Under the pieces are notes generated by a model. It saw only the letters and a list, made by a program, of their open reading frames with translations, had not been told where the DNA came from and ran no database searches. Made by a program: the position numbers and the translations under genes. Positions 49,421-53,689 of a stretch of DNA of 53,689 bases are shown piece by piece. Location of the stretch: assembly GCA_023231475.1 (NCBI GenBank), contig JALJEE010001667.1, forward strand, positions 1 through 53,689, in the 5' to 3' direction. This DNA is from Seison nebaliae. Lineage: Eukaryota. Each line of letters begins with the position of its first letter. Within the stretch, counting starts at the first letter, position 1.

Positions 49421-51325
49421 ATGATCCTTAGTACGATTATTCTTCAACCTGCGAGAGGTCTCATCAGCATATTTCGACAGATATACCGATATTTATTATA
49501 CCACGAATATGTCTCATTGCCAGTTTCATGTCATTATGTTACTCCCATTCAACAACTCGTCGAATATCTACCAACATATGTCGCCAATAAGTGTGACCAG
49601 TATCTCTATAATAAATATGAGACTTGGTGTATTCGTATCAGTTGCTTAACAGTCATACTATTTGGTTGGACTGTGATTTGGTTATGCAAAAAAATCTTTC
49701 GATTAATCACTAATCGGAAACCGAACCATATTCTAAATGACACATCATCCAGATATTCTCATCATTATAATACGATTAATGGTGATCAATATGATAAAGA
49801 TTCGGAATTGTTATCGTTAATGGAATCGAAACATTCCCAATCTGTAACAACAATTGCCAGTAACTCAACTTCACGTGCTTTGAGTAGTGAACAAAATCAG
49901 AATTCATCTAAACTCTCTACCAATAACTCATCTCAACGAAGACGGCGCCGTTTATATAACATGACGAATAATTCATTTAAGCCACCCATAAACAGTTCCA
50001 TTTCTTCCCAAATATCGGGTAAACTTATAACTGATGATTCTTGTAAATGTTCGAAAAAAGAATCTTGGTCAGAAAAACAATTTTCACTTTCTGAAATCGA
50101 CAAAACATCCAAGTCGCCTGTTATTCGTCATCGCAAAAAACCCTTATGCGATATGTCTAGCGGAGAAGCTGCCACTAATATATCTTCCTTAACAGTTGCG
50201 AATAAGAAGTTACTTTGTGGTAGATCGGTTAAACCTTCTCATCAAAATATTCCGAAACCTTCACCATATCTTCCCAATTATATCGAAGAGAAAACAGATA
50301 ACGATATCTGTGTGGAATTGAATGAAGATCGTTTGGAAAATACTAATTCCATGTTTTCACAGAATGGAACTGAAACGATGGATTTTTCAAAATTGATACA
50401 CAAACAACCTAATCATCAGCATGAAACTTCTTCGACATCTTTAAGCGATAATAACTTTTCGAGAGAAGTTGACATGAGATTAAATGGAGATTGTCAGAGT
50501 TTCACTACTGAATCGATCAAAGAAGAATTATTATACGTCAATTTAGCAAGCGTTAATAAGTTTCGTGTAAAATTAGAAGAGAGATTACGTGAGTTTTATT
50601 CGAAACCCATTTGCTATGAACGAGCACTAACCAGTTATGAACCTAATTTTCTTAGCACCATAATAGAGAAACGTTATAACTATGCCGTTTGGATTGATTT
50701 ATTAGGATCATTCCATAGAATGTTATGTATCGAAGTAAATAAAAATTATTTAGTGTCTGAACATATTGAAGGAGATAATAATGAAGATTCTTGTGATTCG
50801 AAAGAGTTATCCATCTCATCCATTACAAACAGTTCTACTTATCAGAATAAGTATATGATATTTAAAGATCGCCGATCGAGTTTATTGAATTTATTAACAA
50901 TCGAATTGTTGAAACGACATTTTGAATCGAAATGCAGAAATTGTAAGAGCGTTTTGGATCGTTGGAAGAATCATTGTGTAGTACCTGAACGTTGTGCTCA
51001 TTCATTATGTTTTACATGTGGCAAAGATAAATTGATGTTCCCAAAAACCGATGTGTTCCACCATACTTGGCAATATTTGACTGCGGATGAACAAAAATTG
51101 ATTAAGGAATATGAACAAGTAAACGAATTTCATCGTTATGGACCAATTATGAAAGAGATAGAAATGCTAATTCCATGGAATGTGGGATCGTATCAAATAC
51201 CAGGAACTGAAATAATGTTTGGGGCTTTATTTGAATCATCTGAGCAAAAATCTTGTCCAGTTTGCGGTCTTTTATCAGATAAATATTGGGAAGTATTCTC
51301 AAGTGGAACATCAATTATTGAATAA
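49421..51325 (+). CDS. Intronless protein with N-terminal TM helix and C-terminal RING-HC-like zinc finger
   Basis: 634-aa ORF; TM ISCLTVILFGWTVIWLC; CRNC..CAHSLCFTC..CPVC. Confidence 0.7.
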   Translation: MILSTIILQPARGLISIFRQIYRYLLYHEYVSLPVSCHYVTPIQQLVEYLPTYVANKCDQYLYNKYETWCIRISCLTVILFGWTVIWLCKKIFRLITNRKPNHILNDTSSRYSHHYNTINGDQYDKDSELLSLMESKHSQSVTTIASNSTSRALSSEQNQNSSKLSTNNSSQRRRRRLYNMTNNSFKPPINSSISSQISGKLITDDSCKCSKKESWSEKQFSLSEIDKTSKSPVIRHRKKPLCDMSSGEAATNISSLTVANKKLLCGRSVKPSHQNIPKPSPYLPNYIEEKTDNDICVELNEDRLENTNSMFSQNGTETMDFSKLIHKQPNHQHETSSTSLSDNNFSREVDMRLNGDCQSFTTESIKEELLYVNLASVNKFRVKLEERLREFYSKPICYERALTSYEPNFLSTIIEKRYNYAVWIDLLGSFHRMLCIEVNKNYLVSEHIEGDNNEDSCDSKELSISSITNSSTYQNKYMIFKDRRSSLLNLLTIELLKRHFESKCRNCKSVLDRWKNHCVVPERCAHSLCFTCGKDKLMFPKTDVFHHTWQYLTADEQKLIKEYEQVNEFHRYGPIMKEIEMLIPWNVGSYQIPGTEIMFGALFESSEQKSCPVCGLLSDKYWEVFSSGTSIIE

Positions 51326-51510
51326 TTAATATTGCAATCCGTTCAAGTCCCCCCTTACATTACAAATCACGTAGAGATACCTTACTAATACTTGTCTTAA
51401 ACATTTTTTGGAGTCAAAACGTTTCTGATCTTCTTTTGCTTTCTTATATTTCTTCTTTAAATATTAAAGAATTCTATTTCTTATCGATTATTTCCTAACT
51501 TTTATTTAAG

Positions 51511-52430
51511 ATTAATTAATTAATTAATTTATTTATTTGAAATGAGAGATTAGCGTTGAATATGAGATGAGATGTTGGGGAAGAGTCCCAACGACGAAAA
51601 ATTGTCTGGGATGTGGAAGATGCGTCGACAATATAGAATAGGAAACGGAGGAATGTCGGTGACTTCGAAAGTAATCGAGTGAGCTTATGGCACCATTTTG
51701 GAATCTAACATTTAGTAAGAGAACTGCTAGGAACGTATGGTTTGGGGCAGGAGAAAGAGAAAAAGGGATATTCTTTACGACGAAGGGAGTTGTGGAAAGG
51801 ACAACAGTCTTCGCCAGATTAATCTTGATTGAAACTGGCGCCAAGAGAGTCCCTGCTCTTTCGGGAATTCGAATGAGTTGTCGTAGAGACGTAGCAAATA
51901 TGAGAATGTCGTCAGCGTATGCGAGTGCTACGGGGATTCGAATGCCGTTAATGTTGTTGTTCCCAGGATGGAACCTTGATGACGCCATTGTTGGCCAGGA
52001 AAGGAGTTCCCAGAGTATGATCGAGTGATACTAACACAGAACCATATCCGGTCTTCGGTGGATTAAACTCAACCACTCGCTGCTACAAGATGAAGTGGCT
52101 GGGCTCGTGGAATTGATTTAGATGTAGGAAAGTTTATTAGGGAAAGTAAAGCTTAGCGAGAAGTTGCTAAGCGACGAGGATGAGGAATGAGGGAAAAGGA
52201 ACGTTAGTTCGACGAAAGGACGCGGAGAAGAACGGTGGTAAATTATATATGTGATTCATAAAAATGCAATGGACATGGCAAATGCAAGTCTATTTATACT
52301 AACCCGCGGGTTACGGTAGGAATGAGGGACGGAGAAGAGTACGCCTACACAGTGGTGCACGTACATTAAGTAATACGCGATAAACAATCAATTGTTTGGT
52401 CGATTGATTGGTTGACTGCGACATGCAAAT
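51511..52430 (-). mobile_element. Degraded non-LTR retrotransposon fragment (partial reverse transcriptase)
   Basis: LAYADDILIFA..IKINLAKT matches the C-terminal RT motifs of non-LTR elements; higher GC than flanks; (AAAT)/(TTAA) tail-like run at the minus-strand 3' end. The upstream limit is approximate. Confidence 0.75.
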
Positions 52431-53048
52431 ATGGTGTGTATGAGTTATACTTTGTTAAAGGACATTTTTATGTCCAAGACTTTTAAGCTTAACTGAAAAT
52501 GTCTAACACATGTGCCTAAAACATAAATATCTAAGATACTTTCTGAAAAATGTGTTGGAAATAACTTGTCTCATTCTTCTTGTCTATGCGACATCCCAAA
52601 AATTCAATTTCTTTCATAACTATTTTTTTCAATTCACTTTTAACAGGAAATAACAGGTACCACTTTTATCATATATTTCCCTCAATTTATCCCAGAGAAC
52701 CAGCATGTCCTTCTTGTACTGTACATTCTCAGAAAGAACTGTAAGACACTTTTTTAGATAAGCCTGTCATCTTACAGTGTTAGATGAAAAATCCGTGTTT
52801 TTTCAAACTATAATTCATAAGGTCAATAAATCCTCACAATTGTTCGATCGCTTTTTTATATTAAGTTTTACTATAAATTATATTGAATCAATACGTAATT
52901 ATATGTAAATAAAATAAAATAGAATCCAATTAAAGAATGAATTTGAGTAGATTTTAGATAAATTCCTTATTACGTTTGAATTCGAAAAAGAATTCATTAA
53001 ATTTCATTTTAGTTTTAGTTCAACTTTTATTCTAATTTCAAAAATAGT

Positions 53049-53689
53049 ATGAAGATATGGTTTTATTGCATCTTAAAATGGATACTTGGTATCACTTTCT
53101 ACAATATTGTATTTTCAATCGGTGACATAGATGGCAAATTATTGGACCCTAGTGCTATGGACAAAGCTGTTGACTCTCGAGTTCATATTAACTTGACGAG
53201 TTATGCCACCTATTGCAATAGTCTCGGCCTTAAATATGTACCATTACATACAATTTGTAACAATACGATACCCGCCGCATCAATTTTCTTTCAGTGTTAC
53301 TATTTTAGATTTTAAATTTGAAAGTTGAAGGTTCCTAAAGATTTTATGATACATGCAATAGTGAACAATAAGAAACACATATTTTTGACTAATGTTATTT
53401 TTCAATTAATCATATAATTATAATTTGTTAATTAGCCGGTATCTTGTGGAGAAGCAGAACTCCCATACGTCCAAGTGCACATGGAAGGACAGTTTTTTGT
53501 ATATGTAAGGTTGTTCTTAATTATTAGTAGTCATCTAATCAATTAATTATAATTAGATGTGAAAAGGAACGAGGCAAGTACCAAATTTGTGTAGTTTAAC
53601 TTTGATATTCAAAACTATAAATGTAAAAAATATGTTAATTTTTAGACTTACAATTCCAAATTGAGTGATAAGTGGGCGAAATTGTTGTT
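53049..53689 (+). CDS. Secreted Cys-containing multi-exon protein, runs off the window
   Basis: Hydrophobic N-terminus; downstream exons VPKDF..LTN|PVSC..YVR|CEK..ICV|TYNSK.. joined by GTT..AG introns. The first junction is unresolved. Confidence 0.5.

Noticed and set aside
51687..52028. 113-aa plus-strand ORF
   Set aside because: Antisense to the RT fragment.
52276..52440. ATACTAACC, the 5' end a GTT-reading U1 variant might have
   Set aside because: Downstream sequence lacks the U1-70K loop (GATCACGAAG), a proper ATTGCAC loop and an Sm site. It overlaps a palindrome within the retroelement region. No snRNA gene was identified in the window.
1..53689. CRISPR array or prokaryotic defence system
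   Set aside because: No repeat-spacer arrays or bacterial operons; the content is spliced animal genes.

Overview
AT-rich eukaryotic (animal) genomic DNA from a compact invertebrate genome; no prokaryotic features or CRISPR arrays. Hand-splicing gives about 20 protein-coding genes. Conserved genes: CMTR1, two tandem claudin/PMP22-like tetraspans, a divergent Ser/Thr kinase, a delta-catenin/p120-family gene, a C17orf98/SPMAP1-like gene, a 14-PLAT LOXHD1-like gene, CAP, an NDUFA3-like gene, ARMH3 and Akt. Also present: several lineage-specific secreted or mucin-like genes, tRNA-Gly(TCC), MITEs and a non-LTR retroelement fragment. The main unexplained signal is in the introns: 62 of the 65 I could place with reading-frame support begin GTT rather than GTR, with no +4 to +6 consensus, and the three exceptions are AG|GTA. 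This suggests a remodelled 5' splice-site recognition system. Applying the rule also reveals an in-frame SPMAP1-PLAT fusion and a hidden first exon of the kinase. CAP has a tandemly duplicated N-terminal helical domain and Akt has a ~284-aa tail after its hydrophobic motif. All gene models are manual and have no transcript support.
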